Shown piece after piece: positions 1 through 9,981 of a stretch of 64,000 nucleotides of DNA. The notes beneath the pieces were generated by a model. That model was not told the origin of the DNA, ran no database searches, and saw nothing but the letters and a program-made list of their open reading frames with translations. The translations under genes and the position numbers were made by a program. Numbering within the stretch: the first letter of the stretch is position 1; every line of letters starts with the position of its first letter. Origin of the DNA: Deltaproteobacteria bacterium (GTDB taxonomy: Bacteria; Desulfobacterota; Desulfarculia; JACQYL01); the NCBI GenBank assembly GCA_016208165.1, contig JACQYL010000001.1:8099-72098 (forward strand). The letters are read 5' to 3'.

Positions 1-418
1 TGCCGTACAGTCCTCGGACTTCGGAACTGAGACCGGTGCCCAACAAGGCGTCTACTAGAAGGTATGCGTGGGCCCATTGCGTCTCCGATGCGGGCAGGTC
101 ATCCTCGGAGAGGACTTCATGGATGGGCACACCCAGCTTTCGACAGATATCGAGATTGATCCGGGCGTCGCCTGTTACCCGGTCCATGCTCGAGAGCAGG
201 AAGACCTGAACCCGGGCTTCATCCTCGAAGAAGTAACGGGCCAGCACAAATCCGTCGCCGCCGTTATTGCCGCGGCCGGCCAGCACGCAAATACGTTTCC
301 CTCGAAACGGCCCGAAACAACGATCCGCGATCTGATACGCCGTCCGACCGGCGTTCTCCATCAGAACCGACCCCGGGACGCCTACCTCTTCGATGGTTCG
401 ACGGTCCAAAATCCTCAT
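1..418 (-). CDS. nnr: NAD(P)H-hydrate repair enzyme Nnr, YjeF N-terminal (epimerase) domain; partial, C-terminus lies beyond window start
   Basis: Reverse-strand translation from ATG at 418 reads MRILDRRTIEEVGVPGSVLMENAGRTAYQIADRC...GRGNNGGDGFVLARY, which is typical YjeF-N. It is not in the ORF track because there is no stop in the window. It sits immediately downstream of acpS on the same strand. Confidence 0.7.
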   Translation of the reverse strand, partial: MRILDRRTIEEVGVPGSVLMENAGRTAYQIADRCFGPFRGKRICVLAGRGNNGGDGFVLARYFFEDEARVQVFLLSSMDRVTGDARINLDICRKLGVPIHEVLSEDDLPASETQWAHAYLLVDALLGTGLSSEVRGLYG

Positions 419-443
419 TTCTTCGGCCGTTACCACGAGCATG

Positions 444-821
444 TCAGTCCTCCAACACCACCATGGCGACCGCATATTCGCCGTCGTCGGAAAGGCTCAC
501 ATGAGACCTGAGCACGTTTTGTTCGGCGGCGATCTGTTCGGCTTTACCTCGAAGCAGCAGCATGGGCTTCCCCCGGCGGTCGTGACCAACCTCGATATCC
601 TTCCACGCCAACCCCTGCCTAAAGCCGGTTCCCAGAGCTTTGGAAAGCGCCTCTTTTGCCGCAAAACGCATGGCAAAAGACGCGGCCGGGCGTTTTCGTC
701 GTGCGCACCGGGCGATTTCGTCGGGCGTGTACACGCGATTCAGGAAACGGTGGTTCCACCGGTCGAGCATTCTTTCGATCCTGGATATCTTTACGAGATC
801 CACTCCAATGCCAAGAATCAC
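444..821 (-). CDS. acpS: holo-[acyl-carrier-protein] synthase (4'-phosphopantetheinyl transferase)
   Basis: 125 aa beginning MILGIGVDLVKISRIERML...FAAKEALSKALGTG, the canonical AcpS signature and size. Confidence 0.9.
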   Translation of the reverse strand: MILGIGVDLVKISRIERMLDRWNHRFLNRVYTPDEIARCARRKRPAASFAMRFAAKEALSKALGTGFRQGLAWKDIEVGHDRRGKPMLLLRGKAEQIAAEQNVLRSHVSLSDDGEYAVAMVVLED

Positions 822-827
822 CCTGGA

Positions 828-1544
828 CTACCCCCGAATAAGCGCGATCATGTCCCGCACCGCTCGTTCGATACCCACCATCACGGCTCGGGCGATAATG
901 GAGTGGCCGATGCTGAACTCCTCGATTTCAGGAATTCCGTCGAACCGTTTTACATTCTGATACGTCAGACCGTGGCCGACAGCCACTCGAAGTCCCAAGT
1001 CCGCCGCGTTTCGCGCCGCGTTCAGCACTTCTTCGAAACGTTCCGAAGCCTCATCCTCGGAAGCGGCGTCCGCATACCGGCCCGTGTGAATCTCGACGAT
1101 GTCTCCACCGGCCTCCTTTGCCGCAGCAATCTGATGGAACGCGGCGTCTACGAACAGGCTTACGGCCGGCCCCCCTTTCTTGAGCTGCGCCACCGCGCGG
1201 GACAACGAATCGAAATTACCGGCAATATCGAGTCCGCCCTCCGTAGTCAGTTCTTCCCTCTTTTCCGGAACCAGCGTGACCATATCGGGACCTACCTCTC
1301 GGGCGATTCGAATCATTTCTTCCGTGGCCGCCATTTCGAGATTCAGTTTTGACGTGACGACCTTTCTCAACAGGGATACATCGCGATCCTGGATGTGCCT
1401 GCGGTCTTCCCTGAGATGACAGGTGATGCCGTCCGCTCCGCCCAATTCCGCCAGCACGGCCGCGGTCACCGGCTCGGGTTCGAAGGTTCTTCTTGCTTGC
1501 CGTATAGTGGCGATGTGATCGATATTCACAGAGAGTTTCGGCAT
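828..1544 (-). CDS. pdxJ: pyridoxine 5'-phosphate synthase
   Basis: Reads [18 protein letters not shown]...[13 protein letters not shown]...IEIHTGRYA...[10 protein letters not shown], a PdxJ family signature. The start is taken at the internal Met (MPKL), since the ORF-track N-extension is Arg-rich and unlikely. There is a 6-bp gap to acpS, consistent with an operon. Confidence 0.9.
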   Translation of the reverse strand: MPKLSVNIDHIATIRQARRTFEPEPVTAAVLAELGGADGITCHLREDRRHIQDRDVSLLRKVVTSKLNLEMAATEEMIRIAREVGPDMVTLVPEKREELTTEGGLDIAGNFDSLSRAVAQLKKGGPAVSLFVDAAFHQIAAAKEAGGDIVEIHTGRYADAASEDEASERFEEVLNAARNAADLGLRVAVGHGLTYQNVKRFDGIPEIEEFSIGHSIIARAVMVGIERAVRDMIALIRG

Positions 1545-1876
1545 GGCTTCTCCTTGAAGGGACAACGGTTTTCCGAAAAGCAAAATGGGCGCGCGAGGTC
1601 TTTGCCGGCTGCGTCGAAGGTTCTTTCTTATCGCAAAACGCATTCAATTGAAACTGAAAAACCGTGGAAACGCGAGGCCGCGGCAGGCCTGGAACGGTTT
1701 ACGCGGTTGGGAGGCCGGGAAGAAAGCAGCGAAACGTTGCTCCGCCGGCGCCGGACGCTTATAATCGTCGGGAGGGAAGCGTTTCGATTCGCCGGGCCGT
1801 ACATGTTGCGTTAGGCTCCCTTTGCCCGCTGATTCAACCTACTGTTGGTCTTATATCGAAAGACAGGAGCAGCCAC

Positions 1877-2467
1877 ATGCGTCAACTGATCAAATTCGGA
1901 AAAAAGATCGTCGAACAGGGACTCACCGGAGCTTTTTTTGGAAATGTAAGCGGCCGTGAAGGCGATCGCATATGGATCAGCACCAGCGGGAGTATGCTGG
2001 ATGAGCTGGAACATGAACTGGTTCAGGTGCATGTGAGGGATCCCGGGCCCGAGGACTCGAGGGCCTCTTCGGATCTGGTGCTGCACCGAGCCGTCTATGC
2101 ACGGACGAAGGCTCGCTATGTGTTTCACGGGCATCCTACCTACTCGGTGGTTCTATCGCTCATTAACAAGGCGGGAGATCGGCTCGAGCCGGACGACATG
2201 GAGAGCCGGCACGTACTGAAGGGGATTCCCATCCTCGACGGCAATGTGTCGAGAGAGGAATTGGCTCCCGTATTGGCGGAAACCTTGGCGGACGCGCCTG
2301 CGGCTATTGTGCGGGGGCACGGCGTTTTTTCGGCGGGAGCGGATCCGGTGGGAGCCTTTGCGTGCCTGTGCGCGGTCGAGCATGCGTGCCGGGTTCTATA
2401 TCTGGTAAGCATGAAGAGGCGTTTGGATTCGAAGGTTAAGCGGTCATCTACCCGGTCTTCCTTATAG
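1877..2467 (+). CDS. class II aldolase/adducin family protein (L-fuculose-phosphate aldolase-like / MTRu-1-P dehydratase-like)
   Basis: Reads MRQLIKFGKKIVEQGLTGAFFGNVSGREGDRIWISTSGSML...HGHPTYSVVLS...VRGHGVFSAG, which is class II aldolase fold. The start is chosen at the internal ATG 1877, which is preceded by AGGAG. Confidence 0.75.
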   Translation: MRQLIKFGKKIVEQGLTGAFFGNVSGREGDRIWISTSGSMLDELEHELVQVHVRDPGPEDSRASSDLVLHRAVYARTKARYVFHGHPTYSVVLSLINKAGDRLEPDDMESRHVLKGIPILDGNVSREELAPVLAETLADAPAAIVRGHGVFSAGADPVGAFACLCAVEHACRVLYLVSMKRRLDSKVKRSSTRSSL

Positions 2468-3288
2468 ACTTCCATTTGACAGATAAGAGTCGAAATGTTA
2501 AACAAATAGCCGGTCTTGGCGAAAGTATTCCGGGACATCAACTTACGATCGGGCGATTCGTTGCAGTCCTTCCACCTCTCGGGTCGATCGTGGCGAATCT
2601 GATAGTCCTGATGACCTTGAGCATATCTTCTTACTGCACATCGGCGTGCGCCGACGGTGCTTACGAAATGCCGGCATGCGCATACGTGCGGCCCCCGATT
2701 TCCCTTCGCCGATTCCGGAAATTCTCTGAGCGGATACGCCGGGTGCTTGTCGTAGAGTATTCACGATACATCGCCCGGCAAATGCTGCGGGAGCGCGAAC
2801 ACGTGGACGTGCGCCTAAATGGATCTTACGATGCTTTCATGATATCGCCGGCAAGGTCCTCGCCGAGTCTGTAAGAATCGCCTTGCCCCGTGAATTCATG
2901 GTTTTGATCGGAACCTGGTGCCTGTGCTTCAATACCCAGGCGAAGTGACATTCGCACCGGCACGCAGCATGACAAAATTTCCGACAGCGTTCCCCAGCTC
3001 AAGCCTTCCCTGCTTCTGGAAAGTGGAAAGTCAATTGTTACACAAACATCAACAGGCCAACGGGATCGTTTCGCCGGTGATATTGGGGCTCCAGCCTCAT
3101 GCCTGATTACGGGAAATGTCGGGGGTTCGGCTCCTTGATTCAGCTTTGACGCACTTGAGAGCCCGGCGTTCCAACGTCGTGGCGGATGTTAACCAGTGGC
3201 GGGTCGGCATGCGGTTTTGAGTGGAATCCTCGGATGACGCCACGAACACCCAGTCCTCATCCCAGAGGGTGTAGAAGAGGTGAAACGA

Positions 3289-6039
3289 ATGAAAGAAGAA
3301 AGGCAAGACAACGCAAAGGGAATAAGCCGGGACAAGGACAAATCGGACGATGGGCGGACGGCGTTTTTGGCCTCCATTGTCGAGTGCTCCGACGACGCTA
3401 TCATGGGCAAGACGATCGACGGGGTCATTACCAGTTGGAACCCTGCCGCCGAATTGATGTACGGTTATTCGGCCAAGGAAATCATCGGCAAGCCTATCTC
3501 CCTCCTCTTTTCTCCCGACCATCCTAGGGAGATGGACGAGATCCTCGCCAAAATCCGCAAGGGACGGCGTGTCGAGCACTACGAAACCCTTCGCAGGCGC
3601 AAAGACGGCTCCCTTATCCACGTTTCCCGAAACCTCGTGAGAGCTTCCTCCATTGCTCGCGACATCTCGGAACGTAAACGAATCGACGAGCAGTTACAGG
3701 CGACGTCCAAATACGCCAGGAGTCTGATCGAGGCTAGTCTCGATCCTCTGGTCACCATCAGCGCCGAGGGGAAAATTACCGATGTCAATGAAGCGACCGT
3801 GAAAGTGACGGGAGTCCCCCGGGACAAGCTCATTGGGACGGACTTCTCGGACTATTTTACCGAGCCGACGAACGCACGGGAGGGATATCGCCAGGTCTTT
3901 TCGCAAGGATTTGTCACGGACTATCCCCTTACCATCAGGCATCGGGATGGGCGACTCACGAACGTGCTTTACAACGCATCGGTGTACAACGACATGCAAG
4001 GCAACGTCCTTGGCGTGTTTGCCGCGGCGCGCGATGTCACGGCTCAGCGGCAGGCGGCGCAGTATGCCAGAAGCCTGATCGAGGCGAGCCTCGACCCGCT
4101 GGTCACCATCAGCCCGGAAGGAAAAATTACGGACGTCAATGAGGCCACCGTGAAGGTGACCGGCATCCTCCGGGACAGGCTGGTAGGAACGGACTTTTCG
4201 GACTATTTCACCGAGCCCGATAAGGCGCGGGAGGGATATCAGCAGGTCTTCCAGGAGGGCTTTGTCACGGACTACCCCCTGACCATCCGGCACAGGGATG
4301 GAAAACTGGTGGACGTTCTGTACAACGCCTCGGTCTACAAGGACGTCACCGGCAGTGTCCTCGGCGTCTTTGCAGCAGCCCGCGATGTCACGGCCGAGCG
4401 TCAGGCGGCCCAGTACGCCAGGAGCCTCATTGAGGCGAGCCTCGACCCCCTGGTCACCATCAGCCCGGAAGGAAAAATCACGGACGTCAACGAAGCGACC
4501 ATAAAGGTGACGGGTCTTCCCCGCGACGGGCTCATCGGCACGGACTTCTCGAACTATTTTACGGAACCCGAGAAGGCCAGGGAAGGGTACCTGCAGGTTT
4601 TCGAAAAGGGCTTTGTCACGGACTATGCCCTAACCATCCGGCACAGAGACGGGAAATTGGTGGACGTCCTATACAACGCCTCGGTCTACAAGGATATACG
4701 GGGCAACGTTCTCGGTGTCTTTGCCGCCGCCAGGGACGTGACGGACACCAAACGGGTCATGCGCGAGTTCTCGGAAACAAAGAACTTCCTGGATAACATC
4801 CTCGAGAGTTCGACCAAATACTCGATCATCGGAAAAGATCTGAACCACCGTATCCTCTCATGGAACGAGGGGGCCCGGCGCAACTACGGCTACACGGCGG
4901 AGCAGATCATAGGCAGAGACTCGAGCATCCTACACACGCCCGAGGACCTCGAGTCGGGCATCGTGGACAAGATGCTGGATATGGCCTATGAAAAAGGACT
5001 GGCCGAGGCCGAGTTTCAGCGGGTTCGCAAAGACGGCTCCCGTTTCATGGCGAGCGTGGTTGTTACACGCCGAAACGACCCTTCAGGTAATCCCCTCGGC
5101 TTTCTGCTCATGAGTAACGACATCTCGGAAAAGAAGGAGGCTGAGGAACAACTCCGCGAGGCTTCGCAGTATGCCAGGAGCCTGATCGAGGCCAGTCTCG
5201 ACCCCCTGGTCACCATCAGCCCCGAAGGAAAGATTACGGACGTCAATGAAGCGACCATCAAAGCTACCGGCTTTTCCAGGGACAAGCTTATCGGAACGGA
5301 CTTCTCGGACTACTTCACCGAGCCTGAGACTGCACGCAAGGGATATGAGCAGGTATTTCAAAAAGGCTTTGTCACCGACTACGCGCTGACTATCCGCCAC
5401 AATAACGGTCAGCTCACCGATGTTCTTTATAACGCCAGCGTGTATAAAGACACCCGCGAGAACGTGATTGGGGTTTTTGCCGCGGCGCGCGACGTCACGG
5501 CCCAACAGCAGACTTCACAATATGCCCGAAGTCTGATCGAATCATCCCTCGACCCGCTGGTGACGATCAGCATCGACGGCAAAATCACGGACGTCAACGA
5601 GGCTACGATTCGGGTCACGGGCGTCGGTCGCGACCAGTTGATCGGCACCGACTTTTCCAACTATTTCACGGAACCCGAAAAAGCTCGCGAAGGCTATCAA
5701 CAGGTATTTGCCAAGGGCTTTGTTACCCACTACGCGCTGACCATTCGCCACAACAACGGCCAACTCACCGATGTTCTTTACAACGCCAGCGTGTACAAAG
5801 ACACCCGAGAAAACGTGATAGGCGTCTTTGCCGCCGCGCGCGACGTAACGGCGCGTAAACGCGTCGAGGAGGAATTGTTCGAACAGCGTCGGAGAGAGCT
5901 GGACCGGCTGGCGGAGCTTGAAAAATTCCAGAAACTGACGGTGGGGCGCGAACTCAAGATGGTTGAACTGAAGAAGGAAATCGAGGATCTAAGAAAAATC
6001 AATGAAGAATATGAGCGCAAATTAAGCCAGAGGGTGTGA
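3289..6039 (+). CDS. multi-PAS domain sensory protein (7 PAS domains plus C-terminal coiled coil; no obvious output domain)
   Basis: An N-terminal PAS is followed by five near-identical ~120-aa PAS repeats (QYARSLIEASLDPLVTISPEGKITDVNEATVKVTG...RDVTAxRQAA) interrupted by one distinct PAS. It ends in a heptad-rich coiled coil (EELFEQRRRELDRLAELEKF...). ATG 3289 is preceded by GAAGAGG. Confidence 0.85.
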   Translation: MKEERQDNAKGISRDKDKSDDGRTAFLASIVECSDDAIMGKTIDGVITSWNPAAELMYGYSAKEIIGKPISLLFSPDHPREMDEILAKIRKGRRVEHYETLRRRKDGSLIHVSRNLVRASSIARDISERKRIDEQLQATSKYARSLIEASLDPLVTISAEGKITDVNEATVKVTGVPRDKLIGTDFSDYFTEPTNAREGYRQVFSQGFVTDYPLTIRHRDGRLTNVLYNASVYNDMQGNVLGVFAAARDVTAQRQAAQYARSLIEASLDPLVTISPEGKITDVNEATVKVTGILRDRLVGTDFSDYFTEPDKAREGYQQVFQEGFVTDYPLTIRHRDGKLVDVLYNASVYKDVTGSVLGVFAAARDVTAERQAAQYARSLIEASLDPLVTISPEGKITDVNEATIKVTGLPRDGLIGTDFSNYFTEPEKAREGYLQVFEKGFVTDYALTIRHRDGKLVDVLYNASVYKDIRGNVLGVFAAARDVTDTKRVMREFSETKNFLDNILESSTKYSIIGKDLNHRILSWNEGARRNYGYTAEQIIGRDSSILHTPEDLESGIVDKMLDMAYEKGLAEAEFQRVRKDGSRFMASVVVTRRNDPSGNPLGFLLMSNDISEKKEAEEQLREASQYARSLIEASLDPLVTISPEGKITDVNEATIKATGFSRDKLIGTDFSDYFTEPETARKGYEQVFQKGFVTDYALTIRHNNGQLTDVLYNASVYKDTRENVIGVFAAARDVTAQQQTSQYARSLIESSLDPLVTISIDGKITDVNEATIRVTGVGRDQLIGTDFSNYFTEPEKAREGYQQVFAKGFVTHYALTIRHNNGQLTDVLYNASVYKDTRENVIGVFAAARDVTARKRVEEELFEQRRRELDRLAELEKFQKLTVGRELKMVELKKEIEDLRKINEEYERKLSQRV
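3706..5880 (+). repeat. five tandem ~360-bp intragenic repeats encoding near-identical PAS domains (units starting ~3706, 4057, 4414, 5167, 5518)
   Basis: The protein-level repeat is obvious in the translation. The nucleotide copies differ at many synonymous positions, for example the 5395-5510 and 5750-5860 segments encode the identical HNNGQLTDVLYNASVYKDTRENVIGVFAAARDVTA. Confidence 0.8.
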
Positions 6040-6041
6040 GA

Positions 6042-7775
6042 ATGCTTTCCCGCAACGCCGGGCCGAAGGCCCAACCCGTGGAACTGATCCTGGATGCCAC
6101 GGATCAGGGGATCTACGTGCTGGATGCCGAAGGACGGTGCACACTGTTCAATCGGGCCGCTTCCGTCATGACCGGCTGGGGGTCCGAGGAGGGGTTGGGT
6201 CGAAGCATTCATGAGCTTATCCACCACACCCGGCCGGGTGGATCTCCTCATCCCCCTTCCGAGTGCTCGGTCCTCGGCGTGCTGCGCACGGGCGAAGGCG
6301 TTCACAAGGACAGCGAAATCTATTGGCGTAAGAACGGCACCCCGTTTCCCGTGGAGTATTCCTCATCACCGATTATCGAGGACGGCAGGACCATCGGTGC
6401 GGTGGTTGTCTTTATCGATATCACGGAACGCAAGAAGGTTGAAAAGGCCCTGAGCGATCGGGAAGAAGAACTGCGGCTCATCTCGGATGCCGGGCCGACG
6501 CTGATTTCCTATGTCGATTCCGGCGGCCTGTACCACTGGGTCAACAAGACGTACGCCGAATGGGTGGGCCTCTCGGCCAGGGAAATACGGGGACTGCACG
6601 TCCGTGAAGTGCTGGGCGAGACGGCCTGGCTGGCCGTTGAGCCATTCGCCGAGCGTGTTCTGGCCGGTGAAGCGGTCACCTACGAGCACCAGTTGCTGAT
6701 GCGGGATGGACCCCGCTGGGTGCGTGGAACCTGTACTCCCGACCTGAATGAAGCCGGTCAGGTGCGGGGATTTGTCGAACACGCGTTGGATATCGGGGAG
6801 CGCAAGGAAGCCGAAGAGACTTACCGTGCGACCTTGAACATCCTCGAAGATTTCGACGAAGAGAAGGCCAACCTGCAAAACCTCCAGCTGGCCACGATGA
6901 ACCTGCTGGAAGACCTCGATGAAGAGCGTCTTAATTTTCAACAGATCCAAAAGGCGACCTTGAATCTTCTGGAGGATATGAATGCCGAGCGGGAGAAATC
7001 GGATCAGACGCAGCGCGCCCTTATGAACATCCTGGATGATGTGGAAGTGGAACGCGTCAAAGCTGAACAGGCCAGGGCGCTCTTGGAATCCGTCAACAAG
7101 GAGCTGGAAGCTTTTTCCTACTCGGTTTCCCACGACTTGCGGTCGCCTTTGCGCGCCATCAGCGGATTCACCCAAGCATTGATGGAAGATTGGGCGCCGC
7201 TGCTGGACGATGATGGCAAGCGCTATCTCGCTCTCGTGCAGGAAAACGCCCATAGGATGGGTCAGCTCATCGACGACCTGTTGACGTTTTCGCGGCTCGG
7301 GCGGCAGACCATGACCGTGACCGAAATCGACATGGCCGACCTGGCGCAATCCGTGTATGATGAACTTGAAACCCGGACCTCGGGGCGCAACATCGCTTTC
7401 ACGATGGGTGCGATTCCGCCGGCCCAAGGAGACAAGGCGCTGATACGTCAAGTCCTGGTGAATCTGATTTCCAACGCCGTAAAGTTTACCCAAACCAGGG
7501 AACGGGCCCTGATCGAGTTCGGCTATGAAACCCAAGGGGGGGACGGTGCTTACTTCATTCGGGACAACGGAGTAGGCTTTGATATGCGGTACGTCGACAA
7601 GCTCTTCGGGGTGTTTCAGCGGCTGCACTCGGTGACGGAGTTCGAGGGCACCGGCGTGGGACTCGCGCTGGTGTACCGTATCGTCACCCGTCACGGCGGT
7701 TCGGTTTGGGCGGAGGGCCGTCTGGATCGAGGAGCCGCCTTTTACTTCAGCTTGCCGCAGAAAGGCACAAGATGA
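6042..7775 (+). CDS. PAS-domain sensor histidine kinase (PAS-PAS-repeat linker-HisKA-HATPase_c)
   Basis: Contains the H-box SYSVSHDLRSPLRAISGF and N/G boxes (LVNLISNAVKF, DNGVGFD, GTGVGLAL). It overlaps the upstream PAS gene stop (GTGTGAgaATG) and the downstream regulator start (ATGA), so the genes are translationally coupled. Confidence 0.9.
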   Translation: MLSRNAGPKAQPVELILDATDQGIYVLDAEGRCTLFNRAASVMTGWGSEEGLGRSIHELIHHTRPGGSPHPPSECSVLGVLRTGEGVHKDSEIYWRKNGTPFPVEYSSSPIIEDGRTIGAVVVFIDITERKKVEKALSDREEELRLISDAGPTLISYVDSGGLYHWVNKTYAEWVGLSAREIRGLHVREVLGETAWLAVEPFAERVLAGEAVTYEHQLLMRDGPRWVRGTCTPDLNEAGQVRGFVEHALDIGERKEAEETYRATLNILEDFDEEKANLQNLQLATMNLLEDLDEERLNFQQIQKATLNLLEDMNAEREKSDQTQRALMNILDDVEVERVKAEQARALLESVNKELEAFSYSVSHDLRSPLRAISGFTQALMEDWAPLLDDDGKRYLALVQENAHRMGQLIDDLLTFSRLGRQTMTVTEIDMADLAQSVYDELETRTSGRNIAFTMGAIPPAQGDKALIRQVLVNLISNAVKFTQTRERALIEFGYETQGGDGAYFIRDNGVGFDMRYVDKLFGVFQRLHSVTEFEGTGVGLALVYRIVTRHGGSVWAEGRLDRGAAFYFSLPQKGTR

Positions 7776-8212
7776 TCGATTGTGAAACGGAGATCGTTCT
7801 CGTGGAGGACAATCCGAACGATGCGGAACTCATTACGAGGGTGCTCAAGAAACACGATCTAGGCGACAATTTGGTCATCCTAAGGGACGGCGCGGAAGCC
7901 CTGTCGTTTCTTTTCGGGGAGGACGGCTGCGTCAAAGGATCCCTTGGCCCCCTCAGGTTGATTCTACTGGACTTGAAACTTCCGAAAGTCGATGGAACCG
8001 AGGTGCTGCGTCGAATCAAAACCGATGAGCGCACCAAGAGTATACCGGTCGTCATCCTGACTTCTTCATCGGAGCAGCGCGATCTCCATGATACTTACAA
8101 CTTGGGCGCCAACAGCTATGTGACAAAGCCGATCAAATTCACCGACTTCGCCCAAGTGGTGTCGGACGTGGGATCGTACTGGTTGCGTCGGAACAAATTA
8201 CCCGACCTGTAG
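7772..8212 (+). CDS. single-domain response regulator (CheY-like receiver)
   Basis: Reads MIDCETEIVLVEDNPNDAELI...LILLDLKLPKVDGTEVLRRIK...PVVILTSS...KPIKF with the receiver D/D/K residues. The ATGA overlap places its start at the histidine kinase stop. Confidence 0.85.
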   Translation: MIDCETEIVLVEDNPNDAELITRVLKKHDLGDNLVILRDGAEALSFLFGEDGCVKGSLGPLRLILLDLKLPKVDGTEVLRRIKTDERTKSIPVVILTSSSEQRDLHDTYNLGANSYVTKPIKFTDFAQVVSDVGSYWLRRNKLPDL

Positions 8213-8224
8213 CGGGGGATCCCA

Positions 8225-9904
8225 ATGAACGAGAAGCTCCGAATACTACTTCTCGAAGACAATTTCTCGGATGCAGAGCTGATTCAGCGCGAACTGCGCA
8301 AGTTCGGTTTCGATTTCGAGGTGCGCTGGGCCGAGAACAAGGCCGCTTTTCTTGACGCGTTGGATACGTTTGTGCCCGATATACTTTTAGCGGACTATGC
8401 TCTCCCAGGATTCGACGGCATGGCCGCCCTATCCCTGGCGCGGCGTCGCTTCGAGGATATACCGTTGATACTCGTGTCCGGAGCGATCGGCGAGGAAACG
8501 GCCATTGAGTGCCTCAAGGCCGGAGCGACCGACTATGTCTTAAAGCAGCGGTTGAAGCGGCTCGGGACAGTCATCCGGCGAGCACTTTTGGAATCCGAGC
8601 AATTGACCGAGAGAAAGCGGGCCGAGGAAGCCCTGCGGCAGGCCAAGGACGAGCTGGAACACAAGGTCCGGGAGCGAACGGCCGAGCTGGTTCGCACCGT
8701 CGACACGCTCCAGGAGGAAATCGCTCAGCGCCGTCGGGCCGAGGACGACGTGCGGCTGGCTAACGCACAACTGCAGGAGCGCGCGGTTCAATTGCGGGCT
8801 CTGGCCCGTCAACTGACCGTTGTCGAGAGCCGCGAGCGCAACCGAATAGCCAAGATCCTGCACGATCATCTGCAGCAACAGTTGGCATCCGCCAAGCTTC
8901 AGGTCACCTGGCTGGATCAGCTGACGGGTGACGATCTCGCCCTGGCTGCGGCGCGCATAGAAGATATTCTATCCGAGGCGATCAAGGTCTCACGCTCGCT
9001 CACCGCGGAACTGAGCCCTCCCATTTTGCACGAGGCGGGACTGGAGGCCGGGCTCGAATGGCTGGTCCGCCGGATGCTGGACGAGTACGCCCTTCGGGTC
9101 GATCTGACCGTCGACGACAGATCCGAGCTCGATGAGGACGTGAGAATCATGCTCTTCGAGTCGGTGCGCGAATTGCTCTTCAACGTGGTCAAGCATGCCA
9201 AGGTATCGTGGGCCGAGGTGCGGGTACAACCTGTGGATGAGACCGGCATGCTCATCACGGTCAGAGATGAAGGCGTCGGATTTGATCCCCTCCAATTAAA
9301 GCCGTCTGGAGATAATTATCCCGGATTTGGGTTGTTCACGATCCAAGAGCGGATCGACCTGATCGGCGGCCACTTGAAGATCTCGAGCGCCCTGGAAAAG
9401 GGTAGCTGTTTTTCGTTACTCGTGCCATACGCGCATCAGGCCGCCGCGCCGCTTTCCGGCGCGTCCTACCCCGAACCGGCGCAAACGTGCGCCGAAACGG
9501 TGCTCGAGGATGAGGCGCCGCTAATCCGTGTCTTGATTGCCGACGATCACGCCATTTTTCGCGACGGTATCGCCCGCCTGTTGAACCGTGAAAGGGATAT
9601 CCAGGTGGTCGCCGAGGCCGGCAGCGGGAGGGAAGCCGTTGAGTTGGCGCGTAAGACGGCGCCGGACCTGATCCTCATGGACATCTCGATGCCCGAGGTC
9701 AACGGCATCGAGGCCACCCGGATCATTTGCAGGGAGTCACCGGATATTCGGATCATCGGTTTTTCCATGTACGAAGACGAAGAGCGGTCTCTTGCGATTC
9801 TAAAGGCCGGCGCCGTTGGGCACAAGACCAAGGGCTGCGCGGCATCCGATCTGCTGGAAGCGATCCGCCGGTGCATGCGCGCGAAATCGGTTGGAGGACC
9901 GTAA
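8225..9904 (+). CDS. hybrid REC-histidine kinase-REC protein (N-terminal receiver, HisKA_3/HATPase_c core, C-terminal NarL-type receiver without HTH)
   Basis: N-terminal REC (RILLLEDNFSDAEL...DILLADYALPGFDGM). HisKA_3 box RERNRIAKILHDHLQQQL. ATPase boxes (LFNVVKHA, DEGVGFD, GFGLFTIQERI). C-terminal REC (IRVLIADDHAIFRDG...LILMDISMPEVNGIE). Confidence 0.85.
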   Translation: MNEKLRILLLEDNFSDAELIQRELRKFGFDFEVRWAENKAAFLDALDTFVPDILLADYALPGFDGMAALSLARRRFEDIPLILVSGAIGEETAIECLKAGATDYVLKQRLKRLGTVIRRALLESEQLTERKRAEEALRQAKDELEHKVRERTAELVRTVDTLQEEIAQRRRAEDDVRLANAQLQERAVQLRALARQLTVVESRERNRIAKILHDHLQQQLASAKLQVTWLDQLTGDDLALAAARIEDILSEAIKVSRSLTAELSPPILHEAGLEAGLEWLVRRMLDEYALRVDLTVDDRSELDEDVRIMLFESVRELLFNVVKHAKVSWAEVRVQPVDETGMLITVRDEGVGFDPLQLKPSGDNYPGFGLFTIQERIDLIGGHLKISSALEKGSCFSLLVPYAHQAAAPLSGASYPEPAQTCAETVLEDEAPLIRVLIADDHAIFRDGIARLLNRERDIQVVAEAGSGREAVELARKTAPDLILMDISMPEVNGIEATRIICRESPDIRIIGFSMYEDEERSLAILKAGAVGHKTKGCAASDLLEAIRRCMRAKSVGGP

Positions 9905-9981
9905 AACGCGATCCCTTGAACCGCCATCCGATCCTATATTCCATCCTTGACTTTATCCGGGATTCTGGTTTATTGCGACGC

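Noticed and set aside
393-1352. 319-aa plus-strand ORF, plus 68-511 plus-strand
   Set aside because: These overlap acpS, pdxJ and nnr on the opposite strand. Those three genes have canonical family signatures.
3694-5505. Several 140-200 aa minus-strand ORFs, plus the idea that the periodic ~360-bp repeats might be a CRISPR array or other repeat array
   Set aside because: The repeats are coding (PAS domains in one long plus-strand ORF). The unit length is far too long and there are no spacers. The minus-strand ORFs are antisense artefacts.
6366-7694. 442-aa minus-strand ORF
   Set aside because: Antisense to the PAS histidine kinase, whose H, N and G boxes are unambiguous.
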